A DNA stretch of 53,663 nucleotides. It comes from a virus. Taxonomy: Duplodnaviria > Caudoviricetes. A program made the translations under genes and the position numbers. The notes under the pieces are model-generated. The model saw only the letters and a list, made by a program, of their open reading frames with translations, was not told the DNA's origin and searched no databases. Shown in pieces: positions 8,724 through 17,718 of this stretch. The stretch is taken from positions 1-53,663 of the IMG/VR virus record IMGVR_UViG_3300023178_000063; one strand, given 5' to 3'. The stretch's first letter is position 1, and each line of letters starts with the position of its first letter.

Positions 8724-11700
8724 TAGACACCTGCCAATACTTTAAGTCTATTTATAACAGCACTTTCGTTTCTGCTTCTACGAGTTTTTCCTTTGAAGTT
8801 TGGATCAAACTGTTCTCCGTCCCAAGTTCCGTCTTTGTTAGCACCTTTTCCGTAATACTTGATATTTCCTTCACTGTCCATTTCGCCAGCCGGATGCAAT
8901 AGTTCTTTTGATTGTTCAATCTTACCATCCATTCCTCTATATGAATCATATTCTTTTTCAAGAGCTTGGTATTCTGGAGTATCCATTGCGCCAAATCTAT
9001 CACCATCTGGATTATCTTTTTTCCATTGCTTTGCAAAGTCACGCATCTTCTTACGCACTTCTTTTTTCTCCTGACGTAATTTTTCTGTGTCTGGACCGTC
9101 TTTCATTCTCTTTGAAAAACGTGTTGTACTGCCACCACCTGATTGACTTACAGTTTTACTTGATCCGCCAGTTGTAGTTACTGAACTTGAACTTGAACTT
9201 GATCTCGTTGATGTAGAATTGCTATTACTTGTTTTTTTAGTTCCTGTTGTAGTCTTACTACCTTCGCCGTCAGTTTTGAATATATCATCAAATTTATCAT
9301 CGTCTCCGTCTAATAATTTATCAAAGTCATCTTTGCCACCGTCGTCGATAAACTTTTTAACTTCAGGGTCTTTAATCATTTCTTCAGCCTTTGCTTGCAA
9401 GCGTTCGCCTTTTGCTTTATACTTGTCGTCAATTGCTTTTAATTCTTCTGGATAATCAGGATCTTCTGGCTCTGTTGGAACACCTTGATAGTATTCACTG
9501 TCTGGATTATCCAACTGCTCTCGTGTCCACTTATCTTTTTCGTCACGAGCTTGTTTTGCTAATCCTTCAATCTGCTGTTTTATCTTTTTATAATCGTTTG
9601 CTCTACCTGACAGATCCTTACCAAAAGTTTTTTCGTATTCGTCTCTGCTTACTTTTTTACCGTCTAATGTATATGAGCTACCTGATTGAAAATCGTCATC
9701 ACCACCTTGTTGATCAGTTTGTGGCTCTTCACCTCTTGTGCCGTCATCAGGTCCTGAAGTTGGTTCTTGTGTTGACGCACTTTGTCCACCGTTGTATTGC
9801 ACACCAGCGGCTTGTAATTTATCTGTTATTCTATTAAGGAATGTTTGGAAGTATGGTTCACTTTGTACAGCATTAATAAGAGATTGTAATTCTTGTTTTT
9901 CTGCATTACTTAATGCTTCTTCAAGATGCTGTGCTATAGAACTTTTATATGAGATACTTTCAGATGCTCCTTGTTTTTTAAGTAAATCGTTAATTCGTTT
10001 TGAAATGTCATTTCCAGACATCTGTTTTCCGTTAACATCATACATTTTTTCACGAGGTGGAATAGGCTTTTCGTCTTGTGGCTCTTCACCACCTTGTTGA
10101 TCAGTTTGTGGCTCTTCACCACCTTGTTGATCAGTTTGTGGCTCTTCACCACCTTGTTGATCAGTTTGTGGCTCTTCACCTCTTGTGCCGTCATCAGGTC
10201 CTGAAGTTGGTTCTTCACCACTTGTTCCTTTTTGTTTATTTGCTTGGCTTACAAGAAGATCGTAAATAGGCTTTCCACTCTTTGATTTTTTATTTTGCAT
10301 TTTTTCTTTAAGTTGTGGATCTGCTTCAACTTGTTCAAGAGCGCCTGCATAATCTTTTTCTTTAACTAATTTTTGGAAGTTAGCAATATTTTCTTTGTGC
10401 TGTTCTGGTGTAATTGCACCATTGTCCTGAGCATCGGCATCTAATTCGCTGTCAGTTTGAGGTGCATCTTGTGCTGGCGCAGCCGCTGTTGCACCACCAC
10501 TTAATTTAAGTCCTTTTCCTCTGCGATCAGTATCAATAAATGCTTGTAAATTTTTCTCAGGTCCATATGCTCTTGTTACTGTACCGTCATCGTTTGGAAT
10601 ATCTAAGTAAGGCTCTGGATACTTTGCTTTCATTTGCTTAACATTAAAGTTTGCAAGACCAGGACCTTGGTCGTTCATTTGCATATATCTTTCTGCACTT
10701 ACTGTAGGTTCAGCCGCAGGTTGCTCTGCATCAGCCGCAGGTTGCTCTGCATCAGCCGCTGGTTGTTCTGCATCAGCCGCTGGTTGTTCTGCATCAGCCG
10801 CTGGTTGTTCTGCATTAGTCGGATTGTCTACTTCTTGCCCGCCTCTATTACCGTCATCTGGAACATTACTATTAGTATTTGTATCTGCAGGTTCTGTATT
10901 TTGTTGAGACTGTTGTTGGTCAGTTTGCGGTGCTCCAGCATTTGCTGTTGCTTGGTCAGCTGTTTGTGGCGGAGTAGATGCATCACTTGCACCTGCATTT
11001 GCTGTTGCATCGGCAGCACCGTCAGTACCGGCTTGTGCATCGCCAGATTGTTGTGCTGGTGCGTTTGCTCCACCGCCTGACATTGCTGTTTTCATAGCGC
11101 CTGTTGTTTCAGGCCCTACTTTACCGTCAACTGCAATACCGGCTTTTGTTTGGAAATTTTTAACTGCACCTTGTAGTGTTTCAACAGCGGCTTTTTGATT
11201 TGGATCAGCAATCATTTCTTTTGCTTTGGCTCTTGTATTAGGTCCTACAACTCCATCAACTTTTAAGCCAGCGGCTTGTTGAAATGTTTTAATTGCTGTA
11301 GTTAATGCTTCTGCATCAGCGGCTGTTGCTTGTTCTGCTAATATGTTTTCGTTTTTCTTTGGCTTACCGTGTTTGTTGTGTTGTGCCCAAGCAATAGCAT
11401 AAGGTGCTCCAGGATCGTCAAACTTGCCCTTTAATTTTTTGACTTGTTTTTCTCTACCTGGGGGTGCCTTCTCCATTTGCTTTTTCTTTTTAGATTTGCA
11501 AGATTCAAATGCTTGTACAACGTCTTCATTTGAAATAACGTAACGATAATTACTGCCTTTTCGAAGATTTATTTCCTTGCCAACAATTAATTTAAGCCAT
11601 TCTGCTAATTGGTCAATATCATCTGTTTGTGCAATCTTATCTGCAATCATACTAATAATATGTGATCGTAAACGACTCTGATCAAGTACAAGATCACCTT

Positions 11701-12409
11701 CTTTAACTTTGCGCATTTTCTTTTTCATTTTCTCCTCATCAGGAGAATCACCAAAGTATTTGTGTACTAAATTGTCAAGTTCGTTGTGAAATTTCTTTTC
11801 ATTTTCGGGGCTAACGTCTTCTTTGACAGTATCTTTGATACCCATACCTTGTCTAACTGCGGCAAACATTTCGTCAGCTACTTCATCACGCGGCACACCT
11901 TGTTTAAACGATTCTAAATCATTGTCAGCCGCTGCCTGACGCATTTTACTTGCACTCATTCCTTCTGCACCATCTGCATCTGGATCACGTTCACCTGCAC
12001 TTACAACTTGAATGTTGTCAAATGCATATGCTACTTTTCCTTCTTTGTCTGGAGAATTATTATATTTGTTAATTAATTCTTCAAATGCTTTTACACGATC
12101 GCTACCAGCTACATAAATTAAATGTTTGTATCCTAACTGATATATTTTTTCTAACGCTTGAATAATAGTTTTAACATCGGGGTGACCAATGCTTACTGCT
12201 GGAAAAAAGAATTTAGCATATCGTAGTTTATCTTCAAATGCTAATGGATCTGTTTTAGGTTTTTGTGACTGACTTAAAAATACATAATGATCGCCAGGTA
12301 GGCTTTTGATCTTGTCAACTAATTTTTGATGACCAATAGTGGGAGGATTCATTCTTCCAAATGCAATTACGGCTGTTCTTGGTTCTTCGTATAGTTGACG
12401 TAGTTTCAT
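8723..12409 (-). CDS. Cytidyltransferase-like (HIGH-family nucleotidyltransferase) domain fused to peptidoglycan-binding repeats and long low-complexity modules
   Basis: FGRMNPPTIGH, VAGSDR, MSASKMR motifs in first ~190 aa; two FQ..AG..VDG.VGP.T repeats. Confidence 0.82.
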   Translation of the reverse strand: MKLRQLYEEPRTAVIAFGRMNPPTIGHQKLVDKIKSLPGDHYVFLSQSQKPKTDPLAFEDKLRYAKFFFPAVSIGHPDVKTIIQALEKIYQLGYKHLIYVAGSDRVKAFEELINKYNNSPDKEGKVAYAFDNIQVVSAGERDPDADGAEGMSASKMRQAAADNDLESFKQGVPRDEVADEMFAAVRQGMGIKDTVKEDVSPENEKKFHNELDNLVHKYFGDSPDEEKMKKKMRKVKEGDLVLDQSRLRSHIISMIADKIAQTDDIDQLAEWLKLIVGKEINLRKGSNYRYVISNEDVVQAFESCKSKKKKQMEKAPPGREKQVKKLKGKFDDPGAPYAIAWAQHNKHGKPKKNENILAEQATAADAEALTTAIKTFQQAAGLKVDGVVGPNTRAKAKEMIADPNQKAAVETLQGAVKNFQTKAGIAVDGKVGPETTGAMKTAMSGGGANAPAQQSGDAQAGTDGAADATANAGASDASTPPQTADQATANAGAPQTDQQQSQQNTEPADTNTNSNVPDDGNRGGQEVDNPTNAEQPAADAEQPAADAEQPAADAEQPAADAEQPAAEPTVSAERYMQMNDQGPGLANFNVKQMKAKYPEPYLDIPNDDGTVTRAYGPEKNLQAFIDTDRRGKGLKLSGGATAAAPAQDAPQTDSELDADAQDNGAITPEQHKENIANFQKLVKEKDYAGALEQVEADPQLKEKMQNKKSKSGKPIYDLLVSQANKQKGTSGEEPTSGPDDGTRGEEPQTDQQGGEEPQTDQQGGEEPQTDQQGGEEPQDEKPIPPREKMYDVNGKQMSGNDISKRINDLLKKQGASESISYKSSIAQHLEEALSNAEKQELQSLINAVQSEPYFQTFLNRITDKLQAAGVQYNGGQSASTQEPTSGPDDGTRGEEPQTDQQGGDDDFQSGSSYTLDGKKVSRDEYEKTFGKDLSGRANDYKKIKQQIEGLAKQARDEKDKWTREQLDNPDSEYYQGVPTEPEDPDYPEELKAIDDKYKAKGERLQAKAEEMIKDPEVKKFIDDGGKDDFDKLLDGDDDKFDDIFKTDGEGSKTTTGTKKTSNSNSTSTRSSSSSSSVTTTGGSSKTVSQSGGGSTTRFSKRMKDGPDTEKLRQEKKEVRKKMRDFAKQWKKDNPDGDRFGAMDTPEYQALEKEYDSYRGMDGKIEQSKELLHPAGEMDSEGNIKYYGKGANKDGTWDGEQFDPNFKGKTRRSRNESAVINRLKVLAGV
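10077..10180. repeat. 30-bp coding tandem repeat (EEPQTDQQGG)
   Basis: gctcttcaccaccttgttgatcagtttgtg about 3.5 copies; another copy near 9700-9733. Confidence 0.9.
10710..10814. repeat. 21-bp coding tandem repeat (AEQPAAD)
   Basis: tcagccgc(a/t)ggttg(c/t)tctgca about 5 copies. Confidence 0.9.
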
Positions 12410-12741
12410 TAGTAGCCACCTTTATTAATTTCTTCTAATTCTTCAGAACAAATTCTTTCAATCATAGATAATCTGTCTTCTGGTGTGAATATATCAGCCG
12501 GACCTTTTGCTAAGTTATATTTTTTACAATAGGTATTCATACCACTATCAATTACTGATCCAATTCTGTCTCGATCAAAATCTTTACCATTCCTAATATT
12601 ATCTGCCATACTTGCCATTGCTGGAAAATATGTCTTACGATAAAATTGAGGATCATTACGCATAAAAACAATAAGGTCGTCAGCTACATCAAATGGTAGA
12701 TTATTTTTTTCTTGAGATTGTGTAAATTCATCTATTTTCAT
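12409..12741 (-). CDS. Hypothetical protein with MKxxE leader
   Basis: MKIDEF...FMRNDPQFYRKTYFP. Confidence 0.75.
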   Translation of the reverse strand: MKIDEFTQSQEKNNLPFDVADDLIVFMRNDPQFYRKTYFPAMASMADNIRNGKDFDRDRIGSVIDSGMNTYCKKYNLAKGPADIFTPEDRLSMIERICSEELEEINKGGY

Positions 12742-12974
12742 ATTCTATGACCTTGTTCTTTTTGTACTTGTTGTATTGCTCTTTTAATATCTACAGGTTT
12801 GGCTTTTGGAAAAGATTTTAACATTCGTTTATATAATTGTTTTGCTGGATGAATCTCAATAAACTTTCTTGCATAATTTAAATATGCTTTAAAATCTTCG
12901 TCACCTGACCAGTCAAAAGCTCGTTTAAATATATCTAAATAACTTTCTTCATTGAGCAATTCATTAATACGCAT
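12738..12974 (-). CDS. Hypothetical protein; start re-assigned to MRINELLNEE
   Basis: ATG at 12974 follows the upstream stop and matches the shared leader motif; track start 13046 overlaps upstream gene. Confidence 0.65.
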   Translation of the reverse strand: MRINELLNEESYLDIFKRAFDWSGDEDFKAYLNYARKFIEIHPAKQLYKRMLKSFPKAKPVDIKRAIQQVQKEQGHRI

Positions 12975-12975
12975 A

Positions 12976-13545
12976 TTACCACTTCCTACATGACCAGTAA
13001 CGTGCTTTGTGTCTTGGTCCTGGATTATCACAGTTATGTCTTGCACGAAAACTTCTTCTGCGCTCTGGATTAGACTTTTTAATCTTCATATCAGGATCAC
13101 CAAAGTTAACCTTAACTACGTTACCTTTAGGATTCTTAACATATACTTTAAACTTCTTCACATCACCTTGCATAGGCTTACCAAGTTTAACTTTGCGTCC
13201 TTGGTATTCTGCTTCGTCTAAATCGTCATCTTCATTAAACCACATAACACCAAATTCTTCGTAAAAATCATTACCGTCTAAAGTTATTTCATCTGTAACT
13301 TCTTCAGCCATGTCGCTACTAATTTCAATATCAAAATCATCGTAACCTTCATTAAACATATGATCGGCTAATTTCTGTGCCATTTCTTCAGCTTGTTCTT
13401 CGTTTAGAGAAACAGAAAGTGGAATATGGATCACTGTAGCACCTTGATCAGATTCAAATACTTGATGATCTGGAAATATAGATTCATTAAGTCCTTCACT
13501 TAAGACTTCTTGTTTTTCCATTACTATTCTTACAAAATGTTCCAT
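12976..13545 (-). CDS. Two-module hypothetical protein (acidic N-half, basic C-terminal domain common in T4-like phages)
   Basis: LDEAEYQGRKVKLGKP...VNFGDP...SFRARHNC...ARYWSCRKW. Confidence 0.8.
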   Translation of the reverse strand: MEHFVRIVMEKQEVLSEGLNESIFPDHQVFESDQGATVIHIPLSVSLNEEQAEEMAQKLADHMFNEGYDDFDIEISSDMAEEVTDEITLDGNDFYEEFGVMWFNEDDDLDEAEYQGRKVKLGKPMQGDVKKFKVYVKNPKGNVVKVNFGDPDMKIKKSNPERRRSFRARHNCDNPGPRHKARYWSCRKW

Positions 13546-13554
13546 GTTAATACC

Positions 13555-13899
13555 TTAATGATTTAATTTAATGCTGTCTACAGTGCCGTCTGTCCAGTTA
13601 GTAATATTTGCTCTTATCCATACATAGTTACCTGTAAAATTTGCAAACTTACTGCCAGTTTCAACTGATGAAGTTGAGTAACTATGTACTTCAAACCAGT
13701 CGTCATCTGTTGGATCAATTGCAAGAGTTGCATAGATAGTGATAGTGCCAATCAAACCTGTATAGGTATATTGGACAGTATGAAAACCGTCACTACGTCC
13801 GTAATAACCGTCGCCTTTGTATTTGTCCCCGGTTACAGACTCTGTGGTACTGTCACCTGGATGTGTTTGCTGTGATAATATTGTTTCTGAACTCGACAT
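13555..13899 (-). CDS. Hypothetical beta-rich protein, probably late/leaderless
   Basis: 114 aa; ATAAATA box 5 nt upstream of ATG, no SD. Confidence 0.75.
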   Translation of the reverse strand: MSSSETILSQQTHPGDSTTESVTGDKYKGDGYYGRSDGFHTVQYTYTGLIGTITIYATLAIDPTDDDWFEVHSYSTSSVETGSKFANFTGNYVWIRANITNWTDGTVDSIKLNH

Positions 13900-13904
13900 G
13901 CAAG

Positions 13905-13911
13905 TATTTAT
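13905..13911 (-). promoter_or_regulatory. Late-type promoter ATAAATA-N5-ATG
   Basis: ATAAATA CTTGC ATG; box contains stop codon of upstream gene. Confidence 0.7.
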
Positions 13912-14579
13912 GCATTTTTGTCTTCAATGACTATTTTGTCGACTCGCTGAATTCCTCGGCCTAAAACCAATGAAACTAAACTTAACATTTTTTCATTACG
14001 AACATAAAAGTACATTCCGCTTAGATAATTTTTGTTATTTTTAATAAGAGAACGCAATTTATTGCCTATTTTTAATTTATTTTGATTTTCTATTGCCCAG
14101 GTGAAAAATTCGGAAGGTACAGAATTACCTAATGTAATCCTGTATTCCCATCCTCGCATTTTCTCACCCATAACAAGAATATTAGGTTCTAAAGTAGATT
14201 CCGGCTCCCACCACTCAGATGCTTCAAGAATTCTACCTAAATTCTTTAGCCAATCTTTATCTGTTGAATAAATGGCCACACCTATATTTTCTACACGTAA
14301 TTTATAATTATTATTTTTTGATAATTCTTGATAGGCTTTTTGTGCCTTATATAAATCATTAGGGTGTAAATGAATAGTTTTACGCCATTTTGTAAAAGTA
14401 ATTACTTTTTCTTCTCTGTATTTTTGATGATAAAGATCTAATACTTCTCTAATAAATGTTAAATCGTTGCCACGAAAATAATTGGAAAAATGTGTTTGCC
14501 AATGTATTTTATACGGATATTTTCCGTAAAAAAGTTTGGTGGTATTAAATCTCTTCAAATACTTTCCCCTTACAAACAA
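13908..14579 (-). CDS. Hypothetical basic protein
   Basis: 223-aa ORF overlapping clpA end; start uncertain. Confidence 0.7.
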   Translation of the reverse strand: MFVRGKYLKRFNTTKLFYGKYPYKIHWQTHFSNYFRGNDLTFIREVLDLYHQKYREEKVITFTKWRKTIHLHPNDLYKAQKAYQELSKNNNYKLRVENIGVAIYSTDKDWLKNLGRILEASEWWEPESTLEPNILVMGEKMRGWEYRITLGNSVPSEFFTWAIENQNKLKIGNKLRSLIKNNKNYLSGMYFYVRNEKMLSLVSLVLGRGIQRVDKIVIEDKNA

Positions 14580-16785
14580 TTTTTATTGTGTTATCATCGA
14601 TATCAATATGTGCTTCACCGCCATTTTTTAAATCACCAAATAATAGTTCTCTGGAAAGTGAACGTTTAATTTCATTATCAATTACACGTTGTAAGGGTCT
14701 TGCACCCATTTTAGGATCGAAACCTTGATCTACAAGATAATCAATAGCTTCGTCGGAAATGGTAATAGCAACATTTTTGCTAACAACCATCTGTTTAAGT
14801 TCAAGTAAAAACTTACCAACAATCTTAATCATAACTTCTTTGCTTAATTTAGCAAATGTAACTGTTGCATCAAGTCTATTTCTAAATTCAGGAGCAAAGA
14901 ACTTTTTAAGCTCTGTATCTTCATAATCTTTTTCAAAGTCGTCATTAAAGCCAATAGTGTTTTTCTCTGCATCCTTGGCGCCAAGGTTAGTTGTAAGAAT
15001 TAGGATACTATTGCGAGCATCTGCTTCTTTACCGTTACTACCTGTAACTTTACCGTTGTCCATAACTTGTAGTAAGATTTGAGAAACATCTGGATGAGCT
15101 TTTTCAATCTCGTCAAGTAGTAATACACAGCCAGGATTTTCTTGTAATTTAGTAATTAACAGTCCGCCATTTTCTTCGTGACCAACATAGCCTGGAGGAG
15201 AACCAATTAATTTAGCAACTGAATGCTTTTCTTGATATTCTGACATATCAAAGCGTACAAGGTTTACTCCTAATTCGTTTGCAAGTTGTTTTGCTGTTTC
15301 TGTTTTACCAGTACCTGTTGGACCCATAAATACAAATGATCCAATTGGTTTTTCTGGACTTTTAAGACCTGCTTGAGCAACAAGAATTTTATCCACTACT
15401 GTTTCAATTGCTTTATCTTGACCAAATACAATCTTTTTAAGATTATGTTCTAAAGTTGCAAGACTTTCGCTTTCTGTTTGTGCAATAAGTTCTTCTTTAA
15501 TTTTTACACTCTTAGAAAGTTCAAACTCAATGTTTTTATTTGAAACAATTCGATTCTCTTCAGGTGCATCATTTACTTTAAATCTTGAACAAGCCTGATC
15601 AATTAAGTCAATTGCTTTATCTGGTAATTTCTTGTCTGCTTGATATTTAATTGAAAGATCTACTGCCGCAACAATAGCTTCTGATGTAATTTCAGTTTTA
15701 TGATAATCTTCATAGTATTTCTTCAAACCTTCAAGAATTTCTATAGTATCCTGACGTGAAGGTTCGTCAACTGTAATACGCTGGAATCTGCGCATAAGAG
15801 CACGATCTTGTTCAAAGTTTTTGCGGTATTCATCCCAAGTAGTACTTGCAACAACTTTTAAATTGCCCTTTGCTAATGCAGGCTTTAGCATATTAGCAAG
15901 ATCGTTTGGACTGTCTTTACTACCAGCACCTGCACCATTAATCATATGTGCTTCGTCAATAAACATAATAGTCTTGCCTTTTTTCATCAAACCATTAATG
16001 ACAAGTTTTAAACGCTCTTCAAAATCGCCACGGTATTTTGAACCTGCAAGCATAGCACCAATGTCAAGATTATATACTTCGTATTCATGCAAGAATGATG
16101 GAACATCTTTGTTTACAATTTTAAATGCAAGTCCTTCTGCAATAGCAGTTTTACCAACACCTGGATCACCTACAAGAATAGCATTATTTTTACTACGGCG
16201 TCCCAGTGCCAATGCAATAAGTTCTAATTCTTCTGAACGACCAATAACTGGATCAATTTTCTTTTTATTAACTTCTCTATTAAGATTGGTTGTAAATGCG
16301 TTTAATGCTTTTTGTTGTGCTCCAGAAATTTCAGTATCTTCAAGAGCTGAGTCAAATTCATTACTAATATATTCAGCAAACGAGTCTTTGTTAATTCCAC
16401 CTTCTTCTGCATAAAATGTTGCATAACTTTTCTTTTCGTGTAACATACTTAGAAGAACATCACTTAACTCAATTTCTGGTCTGCCTGCAAACAGTACTTG
16501 TGTAAATGCTCGATTAAGAACACGTTCAACAGTTTGTGTTTTTTTAGGCTTAAATTTTTCAGCAGTGGTTACTAAATCTTGACACTTGTCTTTTAGATAG
16601 TGTTCTAAGTTAGATTTGAGGTAATTAATATCTGCTCCGTACCCCTCTAATAGTTTTTCAAAGTTATCCGAACATAGCATTGAAAAGAATAGATGTTCAA
16701 GTGTTACATATTCATGTTTTAACTTCCGTGCATCTTTAATAGCTTTTTCAAATACTAATTGCAGTTCTTTGCTTGGTTCTACCAT
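14545..16785 (-). CDS. clpA: ClpA-like double AAA+ unfoldase
   Basis: N-domain HEYVTLEHL; Walker A GDPGVGKT and GPTGTGKT; DEAH/DEIEKAH; FDMSEY; GSPPGYVG; IGF loop; no ClpB middle domain. Confidence 0.93.
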   Translation of the reverse strand: MVEPSKELQLVFEKAIKDARKLKHEYVTLEHLFFSMLCSDNFEKLLEGYGADINYLKSNLEHYLKDKCQDLVTTAEKFKPKKTQTVERVLNRAFTQVLFAGRPEIELSDVLLSMLHEKKSYATFYAEEGGINKDSFAEYISNEFDSALEDTEISGAQQKALNAFTTNLNREVNKKKIDPVIGRSEELELIALALGRRSKNNAILVGDPGVGKTAIAEGLAFKIVNKDVPSFLHEYEVYNLDIGAMLAGSKYRGDFEERLKLVINGLMKKGKTIMFIDEAHMINGAGAGSKDSPNDLANMLKPALAKGNLKVVASTTWDEYRKNFEQDRALMRRFQRITVDEPSRQDTIEILEGLKKYYEDYHKTEITSEAIVAAVDLSIKYQADKKLPDKAIDLIDQACSRFKVNDAPEENRIVSNKNIEFELSKSVKIKEELIAQTESESLATLEHNLKKIVFGQDKAIETVVDKILVAQAGLKSPEKPIGSFVFMGPTGTGKTETAKQLANELGVNLVRFDMSEYQEKHSVAKLIGSPPGYVGHEENGGLLITKLQENPGCVLLLDEIEKAHPDVSQILLQVMDNGKVTGSNGKEADARNSILILTTNLGAKDAEKNTIGFNDDFEKDYEDTELKKFFAPEFRNRLDATVTFAKLSKEVMIKIVGKFLLELKQMVVSKNVAITISDEAIDYLVDQGFDPKMGARPLQRVIDNEIKRSLSRELLFGDLKNGGEAHIDIDDNTIKIVCKGKVFEEI

Positions 16786-16818
16786 TTTTATTTTTACCTC
16801 TTTACTATAATTTTACAT

Positions 16819-16847
16819 AGTATACTACTATTTACGTTAAAAGTCAA
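16819..16847 (-). promoter_or_regulatory. Sigma70 promoter TTGACT-N17-TATACT with nested GTAAATA (16829-16835)
   Basis: Upstream of clpA GAGG SD. Confidence 0.75.
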
Positions 16848-16859
16848 TGACTTAAACAC

Positions 16860-17675
16860 TCAATTTAATTGACTTTTAAAAAATTCAATCTGGTTTAAAA
16901 TATTGCTATCGTTTACCTTTGGAACAGTACCTTTAATTGTTACATATATTGTACCTCGATGATTACTTCTACTGTCAGGCAATCCGTATCCGCCTATACT
17001 AAAAGTAGTGTTAGGTTGTGTTCCTTTAGGTATTTTTAAATTTATTTGTTTTCCTTCAGGAGTAGTTATAATTTTTTCAGCCCCGGTTATAAGATCAAAA
17101 ACACTAACATGTGTAGTATGTAAAAGATTTAGCCCGTCAAGGTCCCAGCCTTCTATTCGATTTATTCTAACTTTTAATAGTAAATTTCCTCTTGGAATAT
17201 TTGGTATACTGTCATCACCATAATTACTAATTCGTATAACATCTCCAAGTTTAACACCAGGTGGAATATTTACTTCAACAAATTCATTTCTGCCACTTGG
17301 TAATTGATATTGTAGTGTTACAGTTTTACCAGTAAAGCAATCTTTTAATTCTAATGTATATTGTAATTGTACATCTCTATTTTGATGTCTTCTTTGTTGT
17401 GCAAATCCTCGACCAAATGCATGAGCAAAAATATCTTCAAATCCTCCCATGCCTCCAAAGTCTTGAGAATTAAAACTATATTGAGGTTGTGGATTATCGT
17501 AAGCCGCACGTTTTTGCGGATCACTTAAATTTTGGTACGCTTCGTTAACTTTTTTAAATTGTTCTTCATCACCACCTCTATCGGGATGATGCTTCATACT
17601 TTGCGTCTTGTATGCTTTTTTAATTTCTTTATCCGAAGCGTCTCGACTGACACCTAAAATAGAATAATAGTCCAT
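16860..17675 (-). CDS. dnaJ: DnaJ/CbpA-type co-chaperone (J domain, G/F region, C-terminal domain, no zinc finger)
   Basis: MDYYSILGV...KHHPDRGG...FKKVNEAYQNLSDPQKRAAYD; IPKGTQP. Confidence 0.92.
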   Translation of the reverse strand: MDYYSILGVSRDASDKEIKKAYKTQSMKHHPDRGGDEEQFKKVNEAYQNLSDPQKRAAYDNPQPQYSFNSQDFGGMGGFEDIFAHAFGRGFAQQRRHQNRDVQLQYTLELKDCFTGKTVTLQYQLPSGRNEFVEVNIPPGVKLGDVIRISNYGDDSIPNIPRGNLLLKVRINRIEGWDLDGLNLLHTTHVSVFDLITGAEKIITTPEGKQINLKIPKGTQPNTTFSIGGYGLPDSRSNHRGTIYVTIKGTVPKVNDSNILNQIEFFKSQLN

Positions 17676-17700
17676 ACAATTACTTATCGCATGGACTATT
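17666..17700 (-). promoter_or_regulatory. 10-bp perfect hairpin sequestering dnaJ ATG, with ATAAGTA box in the loop
   Basis: Minus strand: AATAGTCCAT gcg ATAAGTA attgt ATGGACTATT. Confidence 0.75.
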
Positions 17701-17718
17701 GTATAAAGTTAGTACTGA

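Noticed and set aside
10077-10814. Regular 30-bp and 21-bp repeats as a possible CRISPR array
   Set aside because: No unique spacers; units are multiples of 3 and lie in frame within a long CDS
3456-11080. Many plus-strand Ser/Leu-rich ORFs and alternative-frame minus ORFs
   Set aside because: Shadows of long minus-strand genes; no SD or motifs. The same applies to those opposite clpA, phoH and the tail genes
16818-16827. Palindrome TAGTATACTA over the clpA -10 box as an operator
   Set aside because: Single AT-rich occurrence; no second copy noticed
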